NCBI GenBank assembly: GCA_964016885.1
Contig: OZ024744.1
Coordinates: 75,330,001 to 75,394,000, forward strand
DNA length: 64,000 bases
Direction of reading: 5' to 3'
DNA from: Eledone cirrhosa
Lineage: Eukaryota
Shown piece after piece: positions 49,190-61,545 of the stretch. Made by a program: the position numbers and the translations under genes. The notes under the pieces are model-generated. The model was not told the origin of the DNA and searched no databases. It worked only from the letters and a program-made list of their open reading frames with translations. The stretch's first letter is position 1; each line of letters begins with the position of its first letter.

Positions 49190-51420
49190 CTTCCTGTTTC
49201 TTCTACAACTACAACGGTACGCGATGGGGCCCACCCACAGACGCGGCGGACGGCGAGGGAGACGCGCTGGAAGAGACACTCCAACTCGCGGCGCTCACAC
49301 CTGCGGCTGGCTAGCTCAGCGCTTATGGTGGTGAGTAAGGTGTTAGCCCTGGGGCCGAGGACACCAGAAGTCTCCACTGCCAGGGGTACGACCGCAAACC
49401 TGTCGGAGAGCGACCGCTATTTGAGGAGTTGGCCCCCTCAGCCCGACGTGCAGTAGAATCTGGGTTAGTCGCAGACTGCACCATGTTGCGGCTGCAGTAA
49501 GTGTCGGTGCAAGTGGCATCCCAGACGAGGGGTTTGCCACCGCGGAAGGGGAAGATGGTCATGCCATCTGGCCTTTGCCGTCCCCTCGATCCAGCCCCAC
49601 CGGCTCTAGCTGGGAAGGGAAGCCTGCAACGTCCAAGCCATGCTTAATGACCTCGTTGAGGACAGCATGGCGTGGAATGCGGCCGGCACTGTGGCGACAG
49701 GAAAGCGGGTGGAGGCCGAAAGAGTCCACGGATAACCGCAGTGACATTGATGTGGCTGGCAGATCCGGAAGCCGAGCCTCAGGGAAAGTCCGATGCGCAG
49801 GCTATGTTTGTCTAACTACGTTTCTGTGGAGAAGGAGGGCAGGGCATGGAGCCAGGCACTACTGTGGGGTTTGGAGGCCGCACGAAAACAAGCAAGGCGG
49901 TGCTGGTCGAGCTGGTGCGTGAGCCTGTCTGAGCACTAGATGGCATCCCAAATGCGAAGGGGGAGAAGGAGGAGGCACGTCTACTGGGCTAAGTTCCAGC
50001 CGGTCCCACGTCTCACAGGCGGCCTTACGTTCTCTGAACACAGAGGGTTCTGTTGTGTTTTGAAGTACCCTGCTGACGAGGACGCGACACGAGGGTACCG
50101 ACGAAAGATACGCTGGCAAAGCTAGTGAGATCGAGGACCGGAGGCCAAGGCCGCCATACCTGTCAGGTAAAGTGGCCTGTTGCCACACTATGTCGTCAAA
50201 CTTGACGTTGCATATCTCCTCGGCTGCTGGTCGGATACATGTATCGAGGTCAGCGAGGAGAGATGTCTGGGTGTAGCATGGTGCGCTGCGGAGTGCATAG
50301 AGGAGCTTCGGCATGGCGAAGCAGTTCTTCAGCAGAAAGAGAGCTGGCTGGCCGTCAATCAAGCCCAGTCGGCTCGTGAGAGTCTGGAGCTGTTGAAGCC
50401 TGGACCTGATGGTGGAGCGGATGGCCGGCGGGTGGATCGGTGACCCGAGGGTGAGGACATCCACTTTGGGGATCGCCTGAACCTGGCGGAGAATTGACCG
50501 CACGTCCAAGACGGAGGCTGCAAAGCTCGCAGCATCGAGGCTGACTTTCACCATCTCCGACTTGGCCGAGTAGACCTGGAGGCCGATTCCCGCCAGGCCA
50601 GGAACCACCGATTAAAGGTCATGGCAGACTGTCCGTACGGGCCCACCCAACGTAGCATCATCCAGATACCAAACGTTGAGAGGGGCCGTGATATTCCGGG
50701 CGATGTGATCAATAACAAGGGCGAATAGAAGGGGTCTCAAAGGGTCTCCCTGTTGGACCCCAGTAGCCGACGGTATAACCGTATCAGCAGCAAGGAGCAT
50801 GCTCCAGGCTTGGAATGGGCGCTCGCCCAGAGGACGAGACATTGACCTGGACAAAGGCTGCTGTTGACCGGCTGCCCCGGTCAGCGCCAGAGCTGGGGAG
50901 GCCGAGGGCGAGTGGGCGAAATAGAGCAACTGCTCCCAGTCACTGGCTCGATTGGAGTCCAGGGCGCTCTCAATCGGGGAAGCGAGGGATCGGCTACCAG
51001 CACCCGTGCCGCTCTCGGGATCCTGAGTGGGATCTTCCTGATCCGCCTGAACCGAGCGATATTGACCAGGGAGGCTTGGGCGCTAGGCAAGCTCGCTGTC
51101 CCAGCTGGTGGTGTGTCAGACGGCCGTGGCTGGGAAGACGTGGGGAAGAAGCAGCTCCTGAACCTCCACGCTGCGAGGGCATTGGAAGCTCGACGCAGGT
51201 GAGGTGGTGGAAGCAGCCGCACCTCAAACAGTTCCGGCCCCACTTCCGTTTGTTAGTGGTGCTACAAGTGCTGCAGCTGTCGGCATGGAGGGATGGGGGA
51301 TGGGGCGTGGGGCGTGGGGCCGGGAACTGGAGCACCGAGCGGCATCAGGGGTGGGTGGCTGGCGTGTGTAGGTGGAAGGGAAAGTGCTGGTAATAGGGCC
51401 TCATAGCTCACCTATATAGA
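49190..51420 (-). mobile_element. CRE-clade-like RLE non-LTR retrotransposon remnant
   Basis: GVQQGDPLRPLLF, WYLDDATLGG, QATLP..YGGLGL, GLHPLSC..GRIPRHAVLN, EPVGLDRGDGK, KPLVWDATCTDT, ETSGVLG, FQRVSLAV; GC-rich island; internally deleted. Confidence 0.85.
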
Positions 51421-51747
51421 GAGAGGTGTCGTAAAACAAGAGAGAAAAGAAGGGGCTGCATGGAGGGGGACACACAGGAAGGTAGAATGTTAGTAAATGA
51501 ATGTACACAAAAGGGGGGGGGGGGGGTAGGGGGTTGTTCCCAGCGGAAAGACCCAGAGTTCAGCACCCACATATGCGAGCAATTTAGCAGTTTCTCATAG
51601 GACCTTGTGGCTGGTGGTGAGTCAATGATGCTGGGGTTGGCTTCCTTATGTTAATGGTAGAGTTGTTGAAATTAAATCCATTATTAATCACACATATACT
51701 CACATGTGTGTGTGTGCATTTATATGTATATATATACACACACACAT

Positions 51748-51780
<33 letters not shown>

Positions 51781-51846
51781 CGTAGGTCCCGGGTTGAGTC
51801 GGGGATAACCACAGTAAGTAAGGTACTCAATACATGGCAGAGTAAA

Positions 51847-51978
51847 ATTTTTTTATTTTATAGAAGGAGCTTCTACATGACTAGTACTGTTTCATTCAGA
51901 TGAAATCTTCAGGAAGATTTCATCTGAATGAAACAGTACTAGTCCTGTAGAAGCTCCTTCTATAAAATAAAAAAAAAT
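51847..51978. repeat. Near-perfect 132-bp palindrome, centre 51911-51912
   Basis: agaaggagcttctacatgactagtactgtttcattcagatgaaatcttc-ag-gaagatttcatctgaatgaaacagtactagtcctgtagaagctccttct. Confidence 0.95.
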
Positions 51979-52493
51979 ATATATATATAGGAAAAAGTAT
52001 GACCCCGACGGCAGAGCTCTGCCATTGGCGTTATATATATATAACAAACGAATTGTGGTAAGGAACCAGAAGGACCATAACGTATATAAATATACATATA
52101 AATACACACACACGCACATACACACACACATATACTGTATATATATATATACATTTATTTATATATATATATATATATAATAAAACTATATATGTATATG
52201 TAAAGAGTAAAATTAGCCTAGACTCCATAAATGTTTATAGATATTTACGCATTTTTTAAAAATTATTATATATGCATGTAACCATGCCAAATATGTATTA
52301 CTCTCTAAATTGAAAACATGACAAACACCTTTAATCTGTTTTCAAGTTTAGTTGAACTTTCATCGGAAGGAATGCATATAACTTAAACAACCACCTGGAA
52401 ATATGTAATCGAGGGACTTATATTAACCCTCAGTTTTAGTATCCTGTTAAGATGGACGTACTAAATTGTATATTATTTGTGCTCGTGTATATT

Positions 52494-52672
52494 AGGCGGT
52501 GGATTGGCAATTTCGGTAGTGTCAGACACCATAGAGCTGTGGCCCTTTACGTTCTGAATTCAAATCTCGTGGAGGTTGACATTACCTTTCACCCTTACGG
52601 GGTTGATAATATAAAGTACCAGTAATGCACTGGGTTAATTGCTGGTCTTGTACCAAAAGTAGAAACAATTAG
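52494..52672 (+). mobile_element. SINE
   Basis: Family head, box B, central domain, tail. Confidence 0.88.
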
Positions 52673-52815
52673 TAGTGTTGGTAGATAATTAAGATATATT
52701 AATTTGTGCGTGAAGCAGTCGAAGTATATAATAAAGTTTTGCCTGTATATAAATGAAATAGAAGTAACTGAGACTACATAAATGTGTAAATAAATTCCAA
52801 AATTTTTAGTATGTA

Positions 52816-53144
52816 CTCTCGGGTCCCAAATTTCAGGGAGGGTTGGAATACGCGAGAGAGGGATCGAAAATTATTAAATTGCCTATGTAAATTTCTTTTA
52901 AAAACCAGAATTAGTCGTTTAGTTTACATATTTAGACCCCAAACCAACCTATTTATGTTATAACGTATTTCTAGTATTGTACTTTTTTGTCGTGTATAAT
53001 GTTATTTATTGTCTTAAAGAAAATTAATTTTTGCAGGAATGCTACCACTTAAAATAAAATTTCGCATTAAATAGATTAGTAAAATTTAATAAGCGGGGGG
53101 TTGGGAACTGAACGGGGGTGGGGTTCCTATTCGGGACCCGAGAG
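52816..53144. mobile_element. MITE with TA target duplication
   Basis: TA|CTCTCGGGTCCCAAAT ... ATTCGGGACCCGAGAG|TA. Confidence 0.8.
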
Positions 53145-53234
53145 TAGATATGTAGACATGGATAAATACCCTTAACCAATTTTCAAGCCTAACTACGTTT
53201 TCATCATAGGACAATAAATTTAAAAAGTTAATTT

Positions 53235-53307
<73 letters not shown>

Positions 53308-53390
53308 CAGCAGTAGCTATAGCAGCAGCAGCAGAAGCAGCAGCAGTAGTAGTAGTAGTAGTAGTAGTAGTAATAGTTGTAGTAGTATGA
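53235..53390. repeat. (GTA)n/(GCA)n microsatellite
   Basis: Direct reading. Confidence 0.95.
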
Positions 53391-54179
53391 TGATATTTCT
53401 TATCACACTAACCAATACAGTCAGTCTTTCCTGGTCAGAGCGTTGGATCTCTGGAATATTCTCCGTGCTCATATATTTACCAAAGGAGCATCACTGCAAT
53501 CATTCAAACAAAACATCAATGGTATAGATCTCTCAGGTCATAGGGGGCTTTTTGAGGCCAAGGTCACTGTTCCTTGTTCCAGATCTACCAAGTAAAAATC
53601 CTACATATAGCAAATATATTTTAAAAACGAATTCTGAACGAAACAAGTTCCTAAAATGATGATTGCTATTACTTTTGTATAGCACTTACTTGAATTATAT
53701 TTTCCTTAGCTTTCTTGTTAGCTTTCTTGTTATAAAGTGAGTCAAAATATTTCTTAACTATTTTTCTACATGCAAAAATATGTCTTCTGATGAAAGCGCG
53801 CTTGAGAAGTCTATGTCTTGCTGATGAGGTATAATAACTCCAAAACATATCTATACTGACAAAGATTCATTTATTTTTCTTTAAAAATGAAATTCAATAT
53901 TCTGTTAAATTAATTCTTAATATTTTGAAATTATCTCGTTTTCCTTTGATTGTCGCTAACTGCCTTATTTCCAACTCAGATGCAAATTACAATTCATTTT
54001 TAATGGTAGTCATTTCATACATCACCACCTAACTGAAATAACTATGATATCTGGCATTATCTACGATCGGTAGATAGTATTAGCAATGGAAAGACTAATG
54101 AAAAAATTGTTTCCTTGATCCGATTCGACGAATTCCACCTCACTCGATAAGCGAATGAGGTTTAGGAACTTGTATCGTG

Positions 54180-54221
<42 letters not shown>

Positions 54222-55129
54222 ATGGGTATGTCTGTGTGTGTGTGTGTTCGTGTGTGTGTGTGTGTTATTTGCGCAAATAAGGAAAGGAAAAGGGAAAGGA
54301 GCCAATCATCATATTAGTAAATTATATGTCCATCAATCGTTTCACTGTTGAAAAGTATCTGCCGGTTGCAACTCCTGGCAAATTAAAATGTGATTTGAAC
54401 TCTGAACGGCAGATCAGATACAGCGAAGCATTATGTCCAACTCTTCAATAATTTTGCCAATTTCGCCAATTTTGCCTCGAAAGATAAAAGTTATGGTAGC
54501 CCACTGGAGTCCCTACTGCATATGGAGAAAATGTTCAACAACATAAAAGAAAATATTGATATTGGATTAGAGGTAAGTTCCAAATATACACTGAAGAGAG
54601 ACGAAATTAAGAAAATATAGGAAATCATTAGAAGATTAATATTGATTTCATAAATAGACTAAATGCCTAAGATTTTACCGGAGAGTAAGATAATATAAGA
54701 TTGAATTATGGTTATACCCTCCTCAAAAGCATTAACGTTTTAAATAAGTTGAAATAGCTACATCTTGAAATAGAAACTGTCTCCTGAATTCAGTATAGAG
54801 GGAGTTTTACGTACGAATAGAGATCTTACCAATAAGAAAAGGCAAAACTGAAGTTAATAATGATGTCGAGTATTACTACAAAGTCACAAAGAATTATAAT
54901 TGATTACATCGATATCACATGTTAGCAACACGGTAAGAGTTACGGGCAAAGCTGGCTTCGAGTTCAAAACAGGAAGAGGTTAAATTAAATATTGGACAGG
55001 ATTTTATCCGTTGCTTCATCGATATGCAAGTAATATTTATCAGTAAGCAAAGTAGAACAAATATCTGAGGGGGGGGTACTTTCTAAAAGGATATACTTTC
55101 TCTCCTTTTTCTTCGGATACTATGGGAAT

Positions 55130-55262
55130 ATGTTTAAAATGTCTCAGGAAAGAATCGCTGGACAGATATTGCGGGCAAAACCAACCGGCAAGAGACCTAG
55201 GGGTAGACCCCGGAGGAAGATGGTTGGATAACATCTATGAGCTTGGCTGGTCTCGCTTGGGT
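55130..55262 (+). mobile_element. RTE-clade LINE ORF end fragment followed by (GGT)n
   Basis: MSQERIAGQILRAKPTGKRPRGRP + RWLDNI. Confidence 0.65.
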
Positions 55263-55756
55263 TCTGGTGGTGGTGGTGGTGGTGGTGGTGGTGGGCGTAG
55301 TGGGTTTAGGTGGCGGTGGTAGTGGTGGGTTTTGGTGGCGGTGGTAGTGGTGATGGTGGTGGTGGTGGGCGTGGTGGGTTTTGGTGGCGGCGGTCGAGGT
55401 GATGGTGGTGGTGGTGGTGATTGTGGTGGTGGTGGCGGTGGTGACGTTGATGGTTTCTGGGGAGGGAGTTATTGTTGTAGTATAAGGAAGAATATGTTTT
55501 TATCTATTCTTGCCCTTGGCAACATTATCGCTGGTTGTGTATTATATTTTATCTGTAAAGCTATAATTATGGAGGGCATCATTATAATAATGGGACACAC
55601 TATTAAATCTGAAAATAATAAGGTTATATTATTGCGAATATTTTGGACTAATTTCTTAGTGGTTCGAATTCTTATTACACAAAGTAATATTTTACTGCGA
55701 TCTCAGTGAGGGTAGAATTCATTCGTTTATAAATTTCAGGTAATATTCAAAAAATG

Positions 55757-55975
55757 AATAATAGTTTCTGATTTAGGCAAAAAGCCAACAATTTTGGAGA
55801 AAAGGGAAAGTCGAGTAAATGAACCTCAGTGCATTACTGGTACTTTATGGTTTGACCAAATAAGGATAAAAGTCAAAGCTAACCTCGGCGGGATTTGAAC
55901 TCAGAAAGTAAAGGACCATAACACTAAGCCGCTAAACATGTTGTCCAACGCTCTACTGATTCTCCCAATCCATCA
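55757..55975 (-). mobile_element. SINE, long-tail variant
   Basis: Reverse complement of family. Confidence 0.85.
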
Positions 55976-56300
55976 AAAAAATTTAATAATATTTAAGTTG
56001 ATGTCAACTTTAATTCTGACACTGATTTACTAAATAACATTATTAGGTCATTTTAAAATCCATTTAACTCCAGACCGTTGATATAGAGCATGACTATTAG
56101 ACTAGCTCCGTGCCGGTGGTGGTGAGTAGGAAGGTGGCCTAGGGCCAAACACGCCTAAAGATGCTACTGCTACCTCTGATCAAAACAATGTAGAAAATAT
56201 TTTATGCAAACAGTCCAAAATATAGATTCCAATAATTTACCATGAATTAATCCCCATCGTGGGAATCCATGGAAACATAATTCGATATCGTATATATATA

Positions 56301-56630
56301 TATAATATGGAAAACGAAGAATCAGTGATGCACCGGAACACTATTTAATTACGTATTACAATTGTTTCTCCGGCGAACAGCTGGAGGTGCGATTTGTTTG
56401 TGGATCGAACCAGACTCTGGAATCGCAAGTTCCTCAGATACGTCTAGTGATTTCGAAGAAAGAGGATTTGCTTCGAAATCACTATACGTATCTGAGGAAC
56501 TTGCGATTCCAGAGTCTGGTTCGATCCACAAACAAATCGCACCTCGAGCTGTTCGCCGGAGAAACAATAATAATACGTAATATATTGTGCTCCGATGCAT
56601 CACTGATTCTTTTTTTCCATATTATTATAC
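56301..56630. repeat. ~330-bp palindrome with hammerhead-like cores in both arms
   Basis: Arms 56301-56458 and 56471-56630; 12-nt spacer. Confidence 0.95.
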
Positions 56631-56711
56631 TCTGTTCCGAAGGAGCATAGAGTGCTCAACCGGCATACGGCCTATGGACGCATCCTAGCAACCTTAATAC
56701 AATTATATATA

Positions 56712-56871
56712 CTATCAGAATGGCCCGGCGTTGCTCGGGATTCTAAACATAGATTGACATGTTTATCCCTCCATTCTGAAACAGTACAGAGAATTACGGA
56801 ATACCTCGGCCTCGCGAAATAAATAATTTTGTTTATATTTTGTTAATGTGTATGCAAAAATATCTGTACAC

Positions 56872-56957
<86 letters not shown>

Positions 56958-57625
56958 TCGTGTACACATATTTTTGCATACATATTAATCGGCTCAGTAT
57001 TTATACTTTGAGCTGAATAGTTACAGGGTTCCAATTGAGTTTTAACTCTAATTTTCATATATATATATATATATATTTATTAAATAACAGATTAAAGTTT
57101 AAGCAAAGAATCGCTACTTTCACCCTTAACGAGATCTTCTGAAACTAAAAAAATCAATCTGTGAACGCAGAAGTAAATATTTCGAAAAACGTTATATATA
57201 TATATACACATACACACTATATATATATACATATATACACACACATATATAACGTCATAATGTCGTAATGCAGACAACCAGACATACAGACAGCTTTGCC
57301 TTTCATCCTTACGGGGTCGATAAAATAAAGTACCAGTAATGCATTGGGTAATTGCTGGCCTTGTGCCAAAAGTAGAAACAATTATAAGGGCGCAACGTTA
57401 TATTTATGTATCTATCTAAAAAGAAAGACTAAGAATTATAGAGAGAGATCGCTAAATCTCCTAAGGTGGTCCCTAGGGCATTGAAAATTTGAAATATTGT
57501 TTGCTCAAAACACTCACAGGACCATAAGTATTATATGTGTAAAGTTTGAAAACAATTGGATGGCGGTTCTCGAGTTTTAGGGAGTCAGACAGACAGACAG
57601 ACAAACATTCTCTGTTTTATATATA
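56712..57625 (-). mobile_element. Non-autonomous Helitron carrying nested SINE half (57293-57386) and microsatellites
   Basis: Minus-strand 3' hairpin CCCGAGCAACGCCGGG near a degenerate end; 5' end tatataaaacagagaatgtttgtctgtctgtc (also at ~29315-29355). Confidence 0.6.
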
Positions 57626-57685
57626 CTCTTTTACTCTTTTACCTGTTTCAGCCATCCGGCTGAGGCCATGCTGGGGCACCGCCCT
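57625..57685 (-). mobile_element. 3' end of a second SINE/LINE family with (GAGTAAAA)n tail
   Basis: tactcttttactcttttacctgtttcagccatccggctgaggccatgctggggcaccgcc; recalled as a common octopus repeat end (unverified). Confidence 0.55.
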
Positions 57686-57873
57686 TGGTATATATATATA
57701 TATTTGCAGATGTTATATTTAATTTGTTGGGATTCAACAAGCTTAAAAAATGTTATAACTGATATAAAGCACTCAACTGTTTAGTGGAGTAAATATACAA
57801 TATATATGGAGTAAATATACAATATATATACAATATATTAATAAATGGAAACTATATTTATAAAACCATATTT

Positions 57874-57937
57874 ATTTTATTATATATATTTCAAGGGCAA
57901 CCAAGGTAGATTATGGTGCGCTTTCATCAGATAAAAT
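57874..57937 (-). ncRNA. Putative minimal type I hammerhead ribozyme within repeat 57705-58000
   Basis: Minus: ATTTTAT-CTGATGA-AAG.GCA.CCA..TGG.TGC.CTT-GAAA-TATATATA-ATAAAAT; second copy of 29593-29655. Confidence 0.65.
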
Positions 57938-58090
57938 ATAGATATGGTTTATAAATAAATATTGACATACCCGGAAAAAAGACAACCTCTACGGTTGAAA
58001 TTCCAGCGAATGTCACTTTGACGAATCAAAGAAAGGATAAAAAAAAGAAAAACAGACCCTTAAATATATTTTCCGTGCTGTTTCCAACTT

Positions 58091-58160
<70 letters not shown>

Positions 58161-58366
58161 CACCCAAGATACGTTGTTGAACGGATTTTCTAGTGTGTAG
58201 AATCATTTTCATATCAGATTCTGTAATTGATATGCTGTTGACGAAATCTAACACTTTGACGTTTTATGGAGACAGGGCTTACTTTACATTCATATATATA
58301 TGCACTCATATATGTAGGTACACGCGTACATATGTGTGTGTGTGTGTACATATATATATATATATA

Positions 58367-58570
58367 TAGGAACGAGTAGGACCCCGACGGATGAGCTCAA
58401 ACCGTTTCGACGGCTAATTCTGGACTAGTCCAGAATTAGCCGTCGAAACGGCTTGAGCTCAGCCGTCGGGGTCCTACTCGTTCCTATTACCCACTCTACT
58501 ACCCTAAGTATTGAGTACTTTGGTGCGTTATGGTCCACCTGGTTCCTTACCACATTTCCTTCGTTATATA
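58367..58570. mobile_element. (TA)n-embedded foldback repeat family, copy with spacer-less centre ctggactagtccag
   Basis: Reverse-orientation copy of 39960-40152. Confidence 0.82.
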
Positions 58571-58580
58571 TATATATATA

Positions 58581-58913
58581 TGAATGTATGTATAGGATAT
58601 TTGGCAATATACTGTATGTTTAATTAAAAACATTTTGAAGACCATACGCTATTGGTTTAAAAGTAGTGACTATGTCGCTTACTTCTTTTCGCAATCGCTT
58701 TGTATAATCACCTCCTGATTATTACTGCAATTCTAAAAGAATCCAGCTCTCGTGATCGCCAACACCGTAAAACAGACGGTTACCATCTCTCCCTTCTTTC
58801 GCCGAAAAGAAGTAAGTGACATAGTCACTACTTTAAAACCGTTAGCGTATGGTCTTCAAAATGTTTTTAATTAAACATACAGTATATTGCCAAATATACT
58901 ATACATACATTCA
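58581..58913. repeat. Inverted repeat, ~110-bp arms, ~110-bp spacer
   Basis: 58581-58690 vs 58803-58913. Confidence 0.9.
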
Positions 58914-58957
58914 TGTATACATCGCTATGAGTGAAAGTATAAAGAAAAAAAGATGAA

Positions 58958-59138
58958 AGTCTTATTTTTAAAAAAAATATATATATTTATTTGGTTCTTT
59001 TACCGGTTTCGCAGTTCTTCTGCTTTTCAAAAGTAGAGTTGAGATGGAGGGTCTGTGATTTTTGTCACATCTGTGAGAAAAACCACAGGCCAACTAAAGG
59101 AACCAAATAAATATATATATTTTTTTTTAAATAAGACT
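58958..59138. repeat. Inverted repeat, ~40-bp arms
   Basis: agtcttattttaaaaaaaatatatatatttatttggttc vs gaaccaaataaatatatatattttttttaaataagact. Confidence 0.8.
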
Positions 59139-59259
59139 CCAGTTGCATTTTCGATTTCATCTTTTTTTCTATATATAAATATATAGGAAAAGTGAAAAAC
59201 GAAAACAATAACAAGGAGTGCAGTTACGAACAGTGTTGGTATTAGGTTCATATATGTAC

Positions 59260-59389
<130 letters not shown>

Positions 59390-59869
59390 ATAAATGAGTG
59401 CATGCACGTGTGTGTGTGTGTGTGCATGCACGTGTGTGTGTGTGTGTGCATGCATGCATGTATGTGTGTTAGTGCATGTGTGTGTGTTTGTGTGCATGTA
59501 TGTATATGTGATGTTTTTTGTTTGTTTGTTTTTTTTGATTTCTTTTTGTTTTCAGAAATGTATAAAGATACATTTGGCAACAGATAGCGAAGTGTTTTGA
59601 GGATTATAGGTTTTGTTTTCTTTATAAGCAGATAAAACTTATGATTTAAGCGGTCTGTGGATTCAGCTAAAGTATATAATTTTTCAAAATACAGTAGATC
59701 TAAAATATTGTATGAGTATTAGTAAGTTTGTTGTTCTGATCCCTCATAAACTTAATATCAGGTATAATATGTTATTGCCAATTTGCTCTTGATGTAATAA
59801 ATTTTAATTGTTTTCCATAGAGGAACATAAGAAAACTACAGTTAAATAAGTAACTTAGCAAGAGAGATA

Positions 59870-60164
59870 AATAAAATAAAGTACCAGTAACACACTGGGG
59901 TCGATTTAATCGACTTTCACCTCCCCTTCAAATCTGTTGGCCTTGTGCCACAATCAGGAACTATTATTGCTTACAAGGCCAGCAAAATACCCAGTGCATT
60001 ACTGGTACTTTATTTTATCGACCCCGTAAGTATGAAAGGCAAAGTTAATCCCGCCGAGGTTAACTTTGCCTTTTATCCTTACGGGGTCGATAAAATAAAG
60101 TACCAGTAATGCACTGGATTATTGCTGGCCTTATACCAAAAATAGAAACAATTATTGCTTACAA
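59870..60164 (+). mobile_element. SINE tail (long variant) followed by a foldback SINE flanked by a 14-bp direct repeat
   Basis: ATTATTGCTTACAA at 59963-59976 and 60151-60164; inverted arms meet at ~60048-60058. Confidence 0.85.
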
Positions 60165-60339
60165 TAAGAGAGATACTGGATGGAAGTGAAAAATATATTT
60201 ATCAAGCTATGAAACTTTTTTGTATTATAAGAGTTTATAGAATAACTGGAAGTATTCGCTCAACTTGCCATCTCCTTAGAAATATGTTGGCTCTTCCAGC
60301 GTGTGTCTGTGGTTGGGTAGGGTATTGTGGGATGTGGGG

Positions 60340-60677
60340 GTGATTGTATAGTGGTAGTGATGGTAAAGTGATAATGATGATGTAGTGGTGGTTGTTGTTT
60401 TCATTGCTGCTGTTGATATTGTTATTGTGGTGGTGGTGGTGGTGGTGGTGCAACTGTGGTGGTTGTATAGAGGTGGTAATGGTATAATAGTATTGCTAGT
60501 GTTGTGGAGGTGATTGGTAAAGTGAAAATGATGATGGTGGTGTTGTTTTCGTTTCTACTGTTGATGTTGTTGCTGTTGTTATTGTTGTTATTGTTGTTAT
60601 TGTCGTTGTTGTTGTTGTTGTTGTTGTTGATAGTGGGGTGAGGGGGCGTTGTTGTAGTTGTGGTGGTGGTGGTGGTG

Positions 60678-60709
<32 letters not shown>

Positions 60710-61498
60710 AGTCGATGTTGTAGTGGTGGTGGTGGTGGTGGTGGTGGTGGTGGCGACGGCGGTGGTGTTGATGGTGGCGGCGGCGGCGGTGGTGGTGATT
60801 GGTGGTGATTGGTGGTGGTGGTGATGATGTTGGTGGTTGCTGTTGGTGATGTTGGTGGTGGTGATGGTGATGTTGGTGGTGGCGGTGATGGCTGGCGGTA
60901 TTTTTTGGTTATAGTGGTGAGCTGTTTGTACATATAATTTTAGAGGTTGTTATAGGGAGTGTAGTAAGGATTGGTTGTTACCGTGATGTTGGTTGTGCTC
61001 CTGAGCTAGGAAAGTATATAATTTTTTTTTGGGGGGGGGAGGGGGGTTGGCAGTTGTGGCATAACATTGTTGGCGATGTTGTTGTTGTTGTTGTTGTTTT
61101 ATTGTTTTTTTTTGTTTGTTTTTTTTTGTATTTTTGTTTTTTTTTGTATTAGTAAGTGTGATTGTTAAGATGGCGATATTTTGCCTTATTTGAACGTAGT
61201 ACATGTGTTGGTTTAATTTATGTCGGTGATTATGGTTGTAACGGCTGTGGTTTTGGTAGCTGCTGTGATAATGTAACCGATAGGTTTTAATGGTATTGAT
61301 AGTTGTGATAAATTTAGAAGGAACCAACAATCACTGCCGCTTCCACACCATCACAGCCATTATTCGACATCACCATCAGCATCATCATCATCATCAGCAG
61401 CAGCAGCAGCAACGGCAGCAGCGGCAGCAGCAGCAGCGGCAGCGGAAGCGGCAGCGGCAGCACCATTATCATCACCGTCATCATCATGGTCGTCAATG

Positions 61499-61545
<47 letters not shown>

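Noticed and set aside
53780-53865. Two tandem CTGATGA motifs resembling hammerhead cores
   Set aside because: GAAA is replaced (GAGA, CAAA/AAAA) and stem I is not convincing; at best a dead relic.
56349-56650. Mirror ORFs on both strands
   Set aside because: A consequence of the palindrome; no protein motifs.
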